DNA of 64,000 bases, from positions 29,946,001 to 30,010,000 of the forward strand of contig NC_042999.1 of the NCBI RefSeq assembly GCF_006345805.1. The letters run 5' to 3'. The notes under the pieces are model-generated. The model had not been told where the DNA came from. It made no database searches and worked only from the letters and a program-made list of their open reading frames with translations. Positions 13,157-26,649 of the stretch are shown piece after piece (within the stretch, counting starts at the first letter, position 1; every line of letters starts with the position of its first letter). Origin of the DNA: Octopus sinensis. Its lineage: Eukaryota. The translations under genes and the position numbers were made by a program.

Positions 13157-13490
13157 ACACATGTATGTGTGTATATATATATTGTATATATAAATATTAT
13201 CTATGTATGAGTGTATATATATATGTGTGTCTTTATGGAATTCTAAGTGTGTATACATATGTATATATGTTGATGCTTGTGTCTGTATATAGCTATATAC
13301 TTTTATGTATTTGGTTTTTGAGTGTATCTATCTGTTGGTGTTTTGGATTTGAATATGTGCACGTTATACACACAAGCGCGCGTACACGCACACGCATGTA
13401 TATATATACAAATATATGTATACGTCTACACAGGAAAATGCACACACACACATATATATATATGTACATGCATATATAGGTATTTGTATG

Positions 13491-13542
<52 letters not shown>

Positions 13543-13789
13543 CATATATGGTTTCTTCTTTTATATTCTATAGTAATGTGGGTATTTGGAGTAAAAAGAC
13601 ACTGAGTGGATTAATTCATAATATTTCTTAATGATTCAATTGAAAATATTTGTAGTTATAAAATACGTCTTTTTACTCGTAGATAAATATTAGTTATATA
13701 TTACAAATAAGTTATCTGCATTATACTAAATGAATATACATTTATAAATACATTATTTTAACTTAATAATTAATGGTGATGATGTTTAC

Positions 13790-13824
13790 AATAATAATAA
13801 TAATAATAATAGTAATAGTATTAG

Positions 13825-13886
<62 letters not shown>

Positions 13887-13894
13887 TTAATGAA

Positions 13895-13937
<43 letters not shown>

Positions 13938-13940
13938 TTG

Positions 13941-13977
<37 letters not shown>

Positions 13978-14032
13978 GATGACAATAATAATAATAATAA
14001 CAAGATGACAATAATAATAATAATAATAATAC
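13790..14032 (+). repeat. (TAA)n microsatellite array
   Basis: Seen directly; the array resumes at 14368-14433 after the inserted element. Confidence 0.97.
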
Positions 14033-14364
14033 GATGACAACGTAACTCTAAAAGAAAGGGTGAAAATTTCAAAATACAAAGACATGGAAGTAGAGGTAAC
14101 CAGAATGTGGAATCTAAAAACAGAAACAATTCCTATCATTAGGCATGATAAAAAAATATTCAGACAAATACATAACAAAAACACCAGGACTTACAAACAC
14201 ATATAACATACAGAAAATTTCACCACTAGGCACTGCACACATCCTACGCAGAACACTTTCCATACAATAACCATCAGAGCATCACAACAAATCACAGCAC
14301 ATACCTAAGGCACACAGAGCTGCGCCCGGTAGTGAAGTGAAAGCACGCTATAAAAATAAAACTA

Positions 14365-14370
<6 letters not shown>
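14033..14370 (+). mobile_element. 3' end of a Dong/R4-like RLE retrotransposon inserted in (TAA)n
   Basis: DDNVTLKERVKISKYKDMEVEVTRMWNLKTETIPII...GMIKK...NIQKISPLGTAHILRRTLSIQ* is the typical C-terminus of R4/Dong nucleases. (TAA)n lies on both sides. Confidence 0.88.
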
Positions 14371-14416
<46 letters not shown>

Positions 14417-15539
14417 GTAATAATAATAATAATTGAGTTAGCATGAATCAATCTCCTCCAGTATCTATGTGTATTAGGAACAGTTTCACAAGTATTGCAT
14501 GAAATATCAACCAGTATTTAGGGTAATATGTCGACATTCATTGTTCTAATCCCGGCAGATTCCATACTGTCACATGATTCTACTATGCTATATTTCTGCT
14601 GTGATTTTATAAAATTAATTTTGTTGCAGATATTTCGAGTGACGTTCATTAATTTAAAATGTTTAGAAAATCTGATTATCGGATACTGAAAGTTTTAATG
14701 AAATTAATATATGATCAAAATTGTTTATTTAGATTATGTATATAATATGTAAAAAAATATAACAGCAAATAACCAATACAGATGTGTAAACACAATATTT
14801 AAGAAAAATGTTGCACTTGTAAAATAATTGTTTGCCGGGACAAAGGATCTAAATTATGAAAATAAGTTTTGAGTTTGAATTAGAAAGCTTATTCATAGAA
14901 GATATTATTTGCTGAGGAAGTGAAAATAGATCAGAAACCGCGGTCCACCGATATTGATTTCTGCTGAGTGGGGATGTCAAACTCCCCTGTTCGAAACTAT
15001 AAGGACAGATTTTGTGTGACGTATAGCCAGATGGAGACGACGTTTCCTGCGGTTAAATAGCAGTAATATTTGTCCCAACCGGGAGTGCCACATTATGCTG
15101 GCAAATAATCTTTACTTTCGAGTATTGTCACTCAATATCACTTTGAATATTTTATATATTTTCCAACATGAATTTAGCAGTGACATTTCAAGTAAAGCAT
15201 TTATTCTGTACTGAATGTCTCATGTGATGAGAACAGCTGGAGGTGAAACTCTTGACGAGAACCAATTTCGTGGCAAGTCCAAGTTATATAACATACACAT
15301 CTACCGTTCAATTAACATTCCATAATCATCGCAGAATTTGCAATGCTGCAAGTTATTTACAATTTGCTTATATGTAAACAAAACTATAGACACACGACCA
15401 ACATACAGCTGCTTTAAAAGGAGGAGTCTGCATCAAAAGGGAGATGAGATTTTCTCAAGTTCAGCAAAGGCAAACTGCAACACATGAGATGGTATCTTAA
15501 TTCTTGGGAACGTGAAGGCTTTTCAAATTAGACCTCACA

Positions 15540-15870
15540 TATCGTCCGAGCAGGGTCGGGTAATTTCTCATACCGCAAGACAAACAATGCAGTTGCTACG
15601 GCAGTACTTTGGGGAGATAATAATATCCCGCTACAGCAATGTCATCATCTCGCCTTCGTATTCTCCGGACTTGACTAGCCAGGATAGTTCTTTTTGTTAG
15701 GATACCGGGAAGAGAGGGTTTACATCAATAAACCGGCGATCCTGGTGCAACTTGAGGAGAATGTCAAGAGAGAAATCAGAAAACTATAATCAAAGGATGT
15801 TATGGTACAAGTTTTGGTAAGAGTAAGTGCTTGCTAAACCAACAATTTTAAGCGATGTCATTTTTCATAT
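15540..15870 (+). pseudogene. Tc1/mariner transposase C-terminal relic (rosa/DD41D-like)
   Basis: SHTARQTMQLLRQYFGEIIISRYSNV..PSYSPDLTSQD..., followed by ERVYINKPAILVQLEENVKREI. This resembles HTA..T..LL..F..ISR..WP.RSPDLTP.DFFLWG..K..VY..KP. Confidence 0.75.
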
Positions 15871-16314
15871 GTGTGCAAAATTTGACGTGTGCATATTCAT
15901 TTCCATTATGTCCTTTATTTTGCGTCAAAGGTTCATTCATTTATTTGTAAATTTAAGGAAGTTATAAAAAATTAAACCCAACAGAAACCGTGTGTATACA
16001 CATATATATGTGTGTGTGTACGCAAACAAATATATATATTTATATATACATAATTACGCACACACAAACACGTACACACACATATGCATCAGGAGCGAAA
16101 AATGTGAAATATGAAATATTGTGACAATGCGAAAATTGTCACAAAACCTTTGTATTTCAGGCGCAAATGCCGATCCCCTGAAGAAAAATCAGTCTATGTA
16201 ATGTCTAGCGTCACGTTAGAAACAGCAGTCACTCTCAAAATATTTATGTAATTCACACTCCAAAGGTTGAAGTAAACGAACTTCAGACTGTTGGATGATG
16301 TGACCGCATTATGT

Positions 16315-16331
16315 TGTTATTATCATTATTA

Positions 16332-16411
<80 letters not shown>

Positions 16412-16480
16412 CATTATTATTATTATTATCATTATTATTATTATCATTATTATTATTATTATTATTTTATTATTTTTATG

Positions 16481-16531
<51 letters not shown>

Positions 16532-16675
16532 TATGTCTGACTTGATTTGCATTTGTACAAATTTGCTGCTAGTCTCACCCAGAGACCTCAAGAGACAAGT
16601 TAGAAGATAATGTCGGTGTTATGCCTAGGGCACCATGTACATTGTTTTAGTATTATTATTTTTATTATTTTTATG

Positions 16676-16738
<63 letters not shown>

Positions 16739-16856
16739 TTATTATTATTATTATACATTTTTTTATTATTATTATTGTTATTATTATTATTAATATTATT
16801 ATTATTATTGCTGCTATTACTATTACTACTACTACTACTACTAGTAGTAGTAGTAT

Positions 16857-16900
<44 letters not shown>
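16315..16900. repeat. Compound (TTA)n/(TAG)n microsatellite with an embedded segment of about 110 bp
   Basis: Seen directly. The insert at 16531-16650 (minus strand TCTCTTGAGGTCTCTGGGTGAGACT) resembles a Dong/R4-type 3' UTR. Confidence 0.85.
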
Positions 16901-16903
<3 letters not shown>

Positions 16904-17984
16904 ATATTCACTGCCCAAATGTTACCACTTATTGGTGTTGGCAACTCTTCTATCGTTGGGTATTTGTTGTTTATTAAGATGTATTTCATCATAATGGTGA
17001 TAGCGGTGTCATATATCTTTGCGTTAGTTGCAGTTTCTGTTCTGTTTTCAGTGTGAGGCTGTGGTTCAGTAGAACATCTTTTATATGTATATTGCCAGTG
17101 TTCTTAGCCGAGGCCAGTATGGAGACATCTATTTCCAAAGCCAGTTTTGCTACATCTGACCTGCTGTTTGGTGAAGAAAGAGGCGTTGCTCGTGAGATTT
17201 TCCTCAATTCAAACTTTGAAAGGAAGTAATGACTTACTGATGCAGTAGCTGTTGCATATGGAACACTGTATCGGATATGCTACGTACGTACGTAGGCATA
17301 TGTTGTTAGGTTTTTGCATGGCGACGGTGCTGAATGAGCCAATAGAATGTCGCGTCTTTCCCTGTCGATAGCCTTGTAGATAGCACAGCTGGTCTTTTTA
17401 TTAAAGTGGGAAATCTAAAAAAAACAGGACTTACAGTGAACCCTCCTGCGATGTTTAACTGTCCTGTCTTCGCGTGTGGAATAATAACGTATGTTGGATG
17501 TCAGTTCGCCTAAAATGCATTTAAGAACTGGTTGTCCCTGCATGTTTTCTGGCTGGTGTGGTCCCTCCAACTTTTGTGTATATGTGCGATGCCTTTATGC
17601 TAGTAGTTCATCTTGGCCTTGATGGGGTGAGTCGATTCATAGTAGAGAATGAGATCCCGATAAGCTTATTTTCAGTGGATCACGTGTCAATTTTTCCCTC
17701 GTCCCTGAGGTGGTGGTGGTGGTGGGACTTTTAAATTACCCTTCATATTCATTCTAGCATATTTTCTGGCCCTTCCCATCCGTATATCACAATACCTGGT
17801 ATGGATCTTTCTTTCTTTCTTTTTTTTTTTGAAGGGATGAAATAGATTTCAAGGATCTCCTAAGAGATGTGTTTGTTGACATCAGATGATTTTTACCAGT
17901 GTTCGTAGTTTTCCAAATGATAGAAATAATGGTTTCAGATTTTTGCACGAGACAAGCGGTGTTGTGGAACAGGTAAGGCAAGTT

Positions 17985-18095
17985 GATTACATCGACCCCA
18001 TTGCTCGATCGATTCCGAAGGGGTGAAAGTTAAAGTCAACTTAGGTGGTACATAAAGATGGATGCTGTTAAGCATTTTGGCCGATGCCCAAATGC
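17985..18095 (-). mobile_element. Degenerate SINE family B fragment
   Basis: TTACATCGACCCC...CCGAAGGGGTGAAAGTTAAAGTCAAC matches the reverse of the family B core. Confidence 0.65.
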
Positions 18096-18739
18096 CTGAA
18101 TATTAACATGGTACTCTGAAAATATTGAACTATGTACTATATACAGTTAATACTGATAAAAAACCTTTTCTGCGATGAGGCTATAAGCACTTATAAAATT
18201 ATTGAGTTGAGAAGATAGTATAAGCGCACTCATGGTTATGGCTCATTCACATTTCTGAATTTCCGGATATATTTTCTGCCCTCTTGCACAATAAAGTATT
18301 GCTGGGAAAATTATTACACAAGATATTCTTGTTGCAATTTCATCAAGGTGATGCAGATTAGTAAATAATTTGAAAATCAATATAGATATCTATTGTATAA
18401 AACTAAGGCTATATCCCACATAAAAATAGTTTTTATACATTTTTCTTGAAACTTTAAATGCTTAATGATCGAGGAATAGTTTGTGAAATTTCGTATTCTT
18501 TCGCCAGCCTATGAACATTTCACTATAATCCAGACGGTTGAAACGAAAACAATTAAATTTCTCGCAATTCAAAGTAGATGTACGTGGTTCCTTACTGTGT
18601 TAGTGACTACCATAGTTAAAATAATAAAGTTCTTTTTAGAAGCAACGCTAAGTTGAAAAACGCAGGAACCACGGCAGAGACATTTTCTACATTTAATGTG
18701 AAATATTCTGTGAACCACTTTCCATAATATTAAAATGAA

Positions 18740-19100
18740 TATGAATGTTCAAAGAGTTATCGGTTTTATAGATCTGGATAAAAATTCCAAATGTTAAAAT
18801 TAGCTGTGGAAAAAATAAATCGTGAACCTGCTAGCGAATTTGGAATTCCATGATCTACTATTACTTAACCTCATAAAGAAAAATAAAATTTATGCACCAC
18901 ATTGAGAAGTCAAAGTATGCATAGACAAAATTCAACTACCCTCTTTTAAATGCTGAATTGAAAAAAATAATTTTCATGATTTGAGAGAATGATGTTGTGA
19001 TCTTCAAAGTGAAACGAAACTTATTAAAGCGTTGAACTATGACTAATTCTTATTTCGATGGATGTTGTAAATTGGTTTGCATCTTTTTATGAATCCTCCT
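18740..19100 (+). pseudogene. Possible pogo/Tigger (CENP-B-like HTH) transposase relic
   Basis: KFQMLKLAVEK...ASEFGIP*STIT resembles the A.+FG+P.ST+ helix-turn-helix motif. The match is short and decayed. Confidence 0.4.
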
Positions 19101-19644
19101 AATAGGTGTCTACATTGTAGATTATTTTTTTATGTCAACCAATGCCAAATATCTATGCAGAAAAGCTTATTCAATTCCAACATATTATCGGGTCATAAAA
19201 ATTAAAATATTTACTCAATGGTAAAGAATTTCCAACAAATTGACATGCATATTCACGTCTTAACATTCAAATAGGTGGCTAAATTACACCCAAATACTTT
19301 TAAGTGGCTGCGGTTCAAAACTTCAATGGTCAAATCAAAATTTAACATCTATCACAAATTCAAATAATTAATTAAACTCAATGCAAAGTCTATTCCAATA
19401 AGAGTTGTTACTGATAAATACGCAAGAATAACAATGTGTTTCATTGTGATCAATGATTATATCCAATCCAATATGGCCTAAGTGGAATTTAAACTCGGAT
19501 CATAAAGCTCTACTGTAAATTTTGAAAGACGTTTCTCACACACGCACAGTTATGATAATCTATGAAATTCAAGGATTACGATGAAAAAATCAATTATTTA
19601 ATTTATCAAAAACATTCTTTACAGCGTTATTACGGTCATGCAAT

Positions 19645-19800
19645 TCATATACTCTTTTATTCTTTTTCTTGTTTCAGTCATTTGATTGCGGCCATGCTGG
19701 GGCACCGCCTTTAGTCGAGCAACTCGACCCCGGGACTTATTCTTTGTAAACCCAGCACTTATTCTATCGGTCTCTTTTGCCGAACCGCTAAGTGACGTCA
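19645..19800 (-). mobile_element. 3' half of SINE family A
   Basis: Reverse complement of CTTAGCGGTTCGGCAAAAGAGACCGATAGAATAAG...AAGGCGGTGCCCCAGCATGGCCGCAATCAAATGACTGAAACAAG. Confidence 0.88.
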
Positions 19801-20086
19801 AGCATATATAAAAGCATATATTTAATGTCTTTACACGTAGTCGTCTATTGTGAAAGTCACACGTATAACTGCAGTACAGTACAACTTACGTTCTTTCTAA
19901 TTAGAATATCCGATTTAGTTATAAACTCCCAAAACTGACATAACAAACAACGCGGGAAACGTAAATAAGCACCTACAACTAATCTACAAATATAGATTTG
20001 TTGAAAGAATTGTAGAGATTACTAACGATTCTCATATCATCCATCTTTTGCCTTTCAGAAATCAATATATATATATATATATATAT

Positions 20087-20195
<109 letters not shown>

Positions 20196-20274
20196 TGTGT
20201 GTGCGTGTGTGTCTGTGTGTGTGTGCGCGCGTGTATGTGTGTGTGTGTATATATATATGTATTTTATATATATA

Positions 20275-20312
<38 letters not shown>

Positions 20313-20321
20313 ATATATATA

Positions 20322-21460
20322 TACCGGGTGCTGTGAAAGCGCTGTCGTCTGAATCATGCAAACTTGAAAATATCACTAAAACCTCATTTTAACAGATATA
20401 TTTACCAAAATTACATAAATATAACTTGAAATACTATTAAGTAAATTTATTCAATAAAATTGCCTTCATCTTCGGCCTCCAGACGACTTCGGAATCTCCT
20501 GCAACTCTTCTGACCTTCTGAAAAGTCACCGTTTTAAGTCGGCGAATGCTGCAGTAATGCTTGTCCTCAGTTCATCTTCCGAGTTTGTTGGTCTCTCGCT
20601 CAACTGGGCCCCACATGTAATAATTAAGGAGGCTGAACTCTGTGGAGTTAGATGGTCAGATGTTAGGTGTGATGTGACCGAAGAAATTATCTAACGGTCA
20701 TGATTGTGTGACATGGTGCAGAATTCTGTTGCCAAACATACGGTCTTCTGTCATCCAGTCTTTTCACCCAGGACAGCACTATCTGATCCAGGCACTTGAT
20801 GTACCCCTCCGGAAAGATGAATGGAGGTATAACGTCACCATCACTATTAATCACTTGACACACCATCATGTAGACTGGGTGTTTGATCTTTATTAGTCTC
20901 GGTACATGTTTTGAGGACAAGGCAACATAATGGTTGTTGCATGTGGGTTCACCATCTCATTCTGACGGAGTTTGTTCTCTTCTAAAAAAGCAAGCATGTT
21001 CGGTTGGTGAGGATGCATGAGATTCTTGTAAGCTTCATAGTGGGGTTCTTCGTTTATGCTTGAGGTCTTGGGATACAAATTGGTCCTCCCTCATCTTCTA
21101 TGAGGAATAACGTGTGCCTCCGTGCACTACGAGCCTGAGAAGCTCAGAGAAGAAGCTCAGACATTTCCATGTCTCTTATGATGAAGCTAATTCATTTGGA
21201 GGGATCGTCCTCAATCATGGCCTAGATCTCACCAAAAAATTTAGGAGTACTTTACTTATCGGAACTATGTGAGTGAGATTTCTGAGCTACCGTAATATCG
21301 TAATCACCATTAGATTCTTACAACTCTTTTCGAATCCTTTGAAATAGTGTATGAGATAAGAAATTGCTCCTGGCTCGCATTAGACATGAAGTTGAAAATA
21401 TTGTTGGGCCCATAACACTACATGGATACTAAGTGAATCATGCGTAATTTTGAATGAAAT
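20322..21460 (-). mobile_element. Tc1/mariner-superfamily transposon relic (maT/DD37D-like)
   Basis: Peptides KHPVYMMVCQVINSDGDVIPPFIFP, RPYVWQQNSAPCHT, HITPNI*PSNS..LNYYMWG and KSCRRFRSRLEAEDEGNFIE* (stop about 20447). A TA-CCGGGTG terminus-like sequence abuts (TA)n at about 20322. Confidence 0.85.
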
Positions 21461-21546
21461 CGGTTGGGTAGTTCTTGATTTTTAAGGATTCACATACATA
21501 GACTCACAGACACACATATTCTTAGTTTTATATATTAAGATATGCA

Positions 21547-21654
<108 letters not shown>

Positions 21655-23297
21655 GTATACATATAGATATATATAGATATATGTGTGTGTATGTGCATAT
21701 GTATAAATAGCCAAATCAAATACGCAAAGATTCAGCGAATCGATTAGAAATAACATGAAGACGTGCATGTGTTATGTATAAACCTGACGCGTTTTGAAAG
21801 GAGAGAGTTAGACGTTTTGATTATTGCGCTTTGTCGGTAACGAGAAAGAGGAGGGTCCAAATAAGGAAAACAAATTGCCATCTGCACACGTGTAGCTACC
21901 CTCCTCCACAAACACACATACACACACATACACACACGCACACTCACTCATACATATACGCGCACCTTTATAATTATAAATATATTACAGTATCGCATTT
22001 TGTCGAGGACCACCAGAAGGTATTATATACCGCTAGTCAAAATGCGCTTCAAATTCTGCGTTGTTTGCGGCATTATTTTCCGTCTTAACACGAATTGCTT
22101 AACAAAATGCCCTACCTTCCAAAATGGATGCCATCAAAGTTGTATTCTTAAACACTTGGACGATTCGTAACAACACAGGGCCACATGTTGTCTGTGAATC
22201 TTGTGACATGTACGGCATAGCGACGCCAGTTCTATTAGTACTCTCTGATCACAACATTCATTCCACTCGAAGTATCTCGTTGAGAGTAAGCTCCTTTATT
22301 GATAAACATAGCATGAATATTTCCATGGTGTTTTGTATCATGACCAATCTTCGTTCAATCCACTTAAGAATAGCTCTCGTCTCACAGGTTGCGATTAGAT
22401 GATATCAACTTTTCTCACCAATAAATAAAAACAGAAATGAAGCAAAAAACAGCAAAATATTTCCGGTTCATAAACGTGTTTCCGTTTCATAATACACCAA
22501 CAGTGAATTTTAAATTTTCTTCACTCATTTTCTAAATGTATCTTCATCTATAAACTAATTTTGCTCTAGACTGTATGCCGAATTGTAACCACTAGGAAAA
22601 AATATGTTCTCACCGTTCTTTATATTAGCAGCAATCGTTGCTCAGAGAATGCAAAACCTTGGAACGTGTTACACGAATAACATAGAAAATTCCCGAAATT
22701 TCACCTTAATCCCTAAACCGATCGATACTTAGGTGAAATTGCCATTTATTTGAACATCCTTAGGGCGTATTAAACAATACCATAATGGAAAAAGTGGGAC
22801 AAATGCCTCAATTTTTATTGCATCTTCTTCGAGTAGCTTTGAAATGACTGTGATGAAAGTATTCTAAAATTCACCTGAAGGATTTTTATTTGTGACTTTA
22901 TCTTCAGCATCCACAAGGAGGGACACGGATGTACTGTAATTTGCATTCACACGAAAAATGTCTCAATTCGATAAATTGCAATACTTAGAGTATTTTTGCA
23001 TATTTTAAAGTATTTGTGGAGGCAGAAGACGTTGTCACAGAAGAAAAAGAGCATGCTCGAAAAGTCGTATTTTCGAATAATTTCATCTCAGTCATTTAAA
23101 AGGTACCCGAAGATAATGCAAAGGAAATTGTATTTCATAGATAATAAATAGAGGTGTTTTTTTACCATTTGTTTCATTTTTCGTTGCAGTTGAGGAGAGA
23201 AAAGAACTCTATTGCATATATATTTTTTATACATACATACAAAAATATACATATATATATGTATGTATGCATACACACACACACACATATATATATG

Positions 23298-23360
<63 letters not shown>

Positions 23361-23378
23361 TATATATATATATGTATG

Positions 23379-23409
<31 letters not shown>

Positions 23410-23443
23410 TATATATATATATATATATATTTATATCTATATC

Positions 23444-23517
<74 letters not shown>

Positions 23518-24875
23518 CGAGCAAAATGCCCCCGTCCAATGGACGGTGCTGCGTTGTTATACATTAAACTAAATTTTTTCCAAACAACTTGTTCGACTGA
23601 TTTAACCAAAATTTGAGACACCAGGAAAAGAAGAAATAAGGATAAACTTTTTTCTATTCCAAAGTTAAACCATTTTATTCACCCAACGCGTAGTATCGAT
23701 CGCAACAGCTGATGTACTTGCGCGTACAAATGCACATTACCACGGCTTTATCGACCACATCCTCACCTGGAATCGATGTTTGTAATTTTTTTCAAGACTT
23801 ATACACACCATGATAGCATCGGTATCTATATACATACATACATACATACATACATACATACATACATACATACATACATACATAAAAGATGGAAGTGGAA
23901 AGGGAACAGAATGAAATCTAAGACATTTCAATTCAGAAAGACTTTAAGAAAATTACTTAAAAATTATATAAAGGAAGTATAAATTATTGCCGGTTTAGAT
24001 TATGAATTTTGTCTCATCAATATTTAAAAAAAAGCGTTCTAAAAATTTGACGTAAAAATAGTTTATCTTCTGTTTGATGGTGAAAAGATATCTGGAGTAT
24101 TTTCGTTGAAATTTTCTTTAAATGATTTGGCATAGAGTAAGATGTTACAGAGAAAGAGAGGCGTTTTGGTACTCTATTGTCTAAAAAAAAACAGCTATGG
24201 GTTCATGCTAAATGATAGGCTTAAATGCATATATATATATATTGAATGGGTTTTATGCCCAACTGTGTGTGAGTATTCTGTTGAATTTGTGTTTGTGTTT
24301 TGTGGTACACACCCATACACACACACATATACATATATATATGTAACCAAATACATACGCACATACATAAAGAGATACAAAAAAATGTTCTTGATTGTTA
24401 ATTATTATATGTATTACTGTCAGATGGTGATATATTTCTAAGTTCTACAACCTACTTAACCAAGTGATTATTGGCTTTAAAATGAATTTCCTAGCCCGCA
24501 AAACGTCTATAAAGCATCGTTTTTATGTCATAGTCTTTATATGCCACCATAAAATATAACTGTATTATTAGAGGTTCAAATTAGTAATAATAAAAGTAAT
24601 AATTTTTTAAATAAATCTACATTAATATATTTTGTAATGTTTATTTAATGAGAAAAAGAAACTGAGGGGATATTTATATATTCATAACCGAATATTACAT
24701 TACATGCTTAGAACAGCAATCGTCTTTTGAATATTATTTTCCCTATTCTGTCTTCTTTATTGGAAATTCAATTCAGTATAGAAGCTGTTACGGCTTGTCA
24801 CACACATAAGCAAATACGCTCAAACATACACGCACACACACACAAACACACACACACAACACACACACACACACA

Positions 24876-24922
<47 letters not shown>

Positions 24923-25155
24923 TACAGATGTGTGCAGGCGTGTCGCACACTGCAAAATTTTGTCAACATGCAGCTTTATATTGAAATACATATTTTTGTG
25001 AGATGATTCCACTTATGGTATTAAGCATTACAGAACTTGTGGATATCTAATCATCAAGCATAAGTTTTCATTGAGATATGATTTGGACATGGAAATGACG
25101 TAAACAGTTAAAATAAAACAAATATAAATAAAACGTAAAATTGCTTATCGATATA

Positions 25156-25261
<106 letters not shown>

Positions 25262-25296
25262 TATTGATATATATATATATATATATATTTATTTAT

Positions 25297-25960
25297 TTAT
25301 AATAAAGGTTAATTGCAACAAGTTGCTCAAAACCACATACCGAAAATATTAGAAATCGCAGCCAAATTGATCGCTATTTCTCCTACTATTAAAAAAGTCT
25401 CCGCAAACAAAGAGAATTTGTAACCCGTATATGGCTAAACGAAAGAAAATAACGAAATCTCAGCCTATGGATTAATTATAGACGAATAGACGAACCGTTT
25501 CTGGATTATATAAATGTGGGGATGCTAGCAGTCTGTCAGATCGTTCCATGTCGCTGGTTGGGCCGGTGTGACGAGTAAGTTTTTTATCCCTAGCATTTCC
25601 AGATTTATAGGAAATATTATATTGACAAGGAAATGAGCCTTCGACTCTAATACAGAAACGGCTCGTCGATTCGTCTATAATTAATCCATAGGCTGAGATT
25701 TCGTTATTTTCTTTCGTTTTGGCATATACGGGTTACAAATTCTGTTTGTTTGCGGGGACTTTTTTAATAGTAGGAGGAATAGCGATCAATTTGGCTGGTA
25801 TTCATAATATTTTCGGTATGTGGTTTTGAGCAACTTGTTGCAATTAACCCTTTACTATAATTAATATAATCCTTACCAAATATGATATTTTCCATACCGA
25901 TAAATCTACTAGGTGAAATTTATTAATTTTATTAAATTAATTACATTTCACCCTTTTTTG
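25297..25960. repeat. Fold-back element with about 210-bp inverted arms in (TA)n, probably PLE-derived
   Basis: 25297-25508 is the reverse complement of 25648-25860, and the inner pair 25509-25528 / 25590-25609 is also inverted. The right arm continues about 100 bp unpaired. Confidence 0.9.
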
Positions 25961-25979
25961 TATATATATATACGTATAT

Positions 25980-26148
25980 ATTGTTGTATTTAGGAATTTT
26001 CATTTTTCCAGTTTAGCCAATAAAAACACACGCACTATATATTTGGTGTTACTTTGCTTCAGCGTTATTTATTTTTTACATTAATCTTCATCTTATTTCG
26101 GCCAGAGTTCCTTCGTCTCACTCCTGTGAACTCATCGGTGGTCCTTTT

Positions 26149-26150
<2 letters not shown>
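25980..26150 (-). mobile_element. Short PLE-type terminal fragment with a degenerate hammerhead motif
   Basis: Minus strand 26144-26100 reads GGACCA-CCGATGA-GTTCAC-AGGA-GTGAGAC-GAAGGAACTC-TGGCC. The fragment lies between (TA)n tracts. Confidence 0.6.
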
Positions 26151-26214
<64 letters not shown>

Positions 26215-26649
26215 GCTATGTGTTTTATATGTCTACGTGTATATTTTTGCACGCTTGTGTATGTGCCTGTCTGAAATACTGAGAACGATAACAGGTTTTA
26301 TAAAGTGTTTCTATTCCAGTTTACGAAAGGAAACGCAGAAATCTATTCTTAGGTTTTGCAAATACATATTTATCAGATGAAGATGTTGTGTTAACTTGTC
26401 TTTCTTCTCATCATTACGAAACTGATCTTTTGAATTTCTCTTGGCAAGAAATATTAAAGCTGGAAACATGTGTTGTATATACCGAGAAAAATAAAATAAA
26501 ATTGATATGAAATCAGATCGTATATTTAGCTTCTGACTTGATAAAATCAACTGCAATCAGAGAGGATAAGCATGATAACATATTAAGTAGTATGTGTATG
26601 TAATGTAAGACCACCTGCATTTAAGAAAATAGTTCAAGAAACGCTCCTC

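Noticed and set aside
13763-17056. Poly-I/L/Y/N ORFs resembling membrane or low-complexity proteins (also 47371-48206, 56812-57180 and all YIYI/THTH/CVCV ORFs)
   Set aside because: These are translations of tri- and dinucleotide microsatellites.
16900-17790. GC-richer block with ORF 16989-17207, possibly a retroelement 5' region
   Set aside because: No diagnostic motif could be identified. It is probably TE-derived but unassignable without a search.
22000-23150. Possible DNA-transposon/MITE remnants
   Set aside because: The composition suggests repeats, but no TIR pair or transposase motif could be verified by eye.
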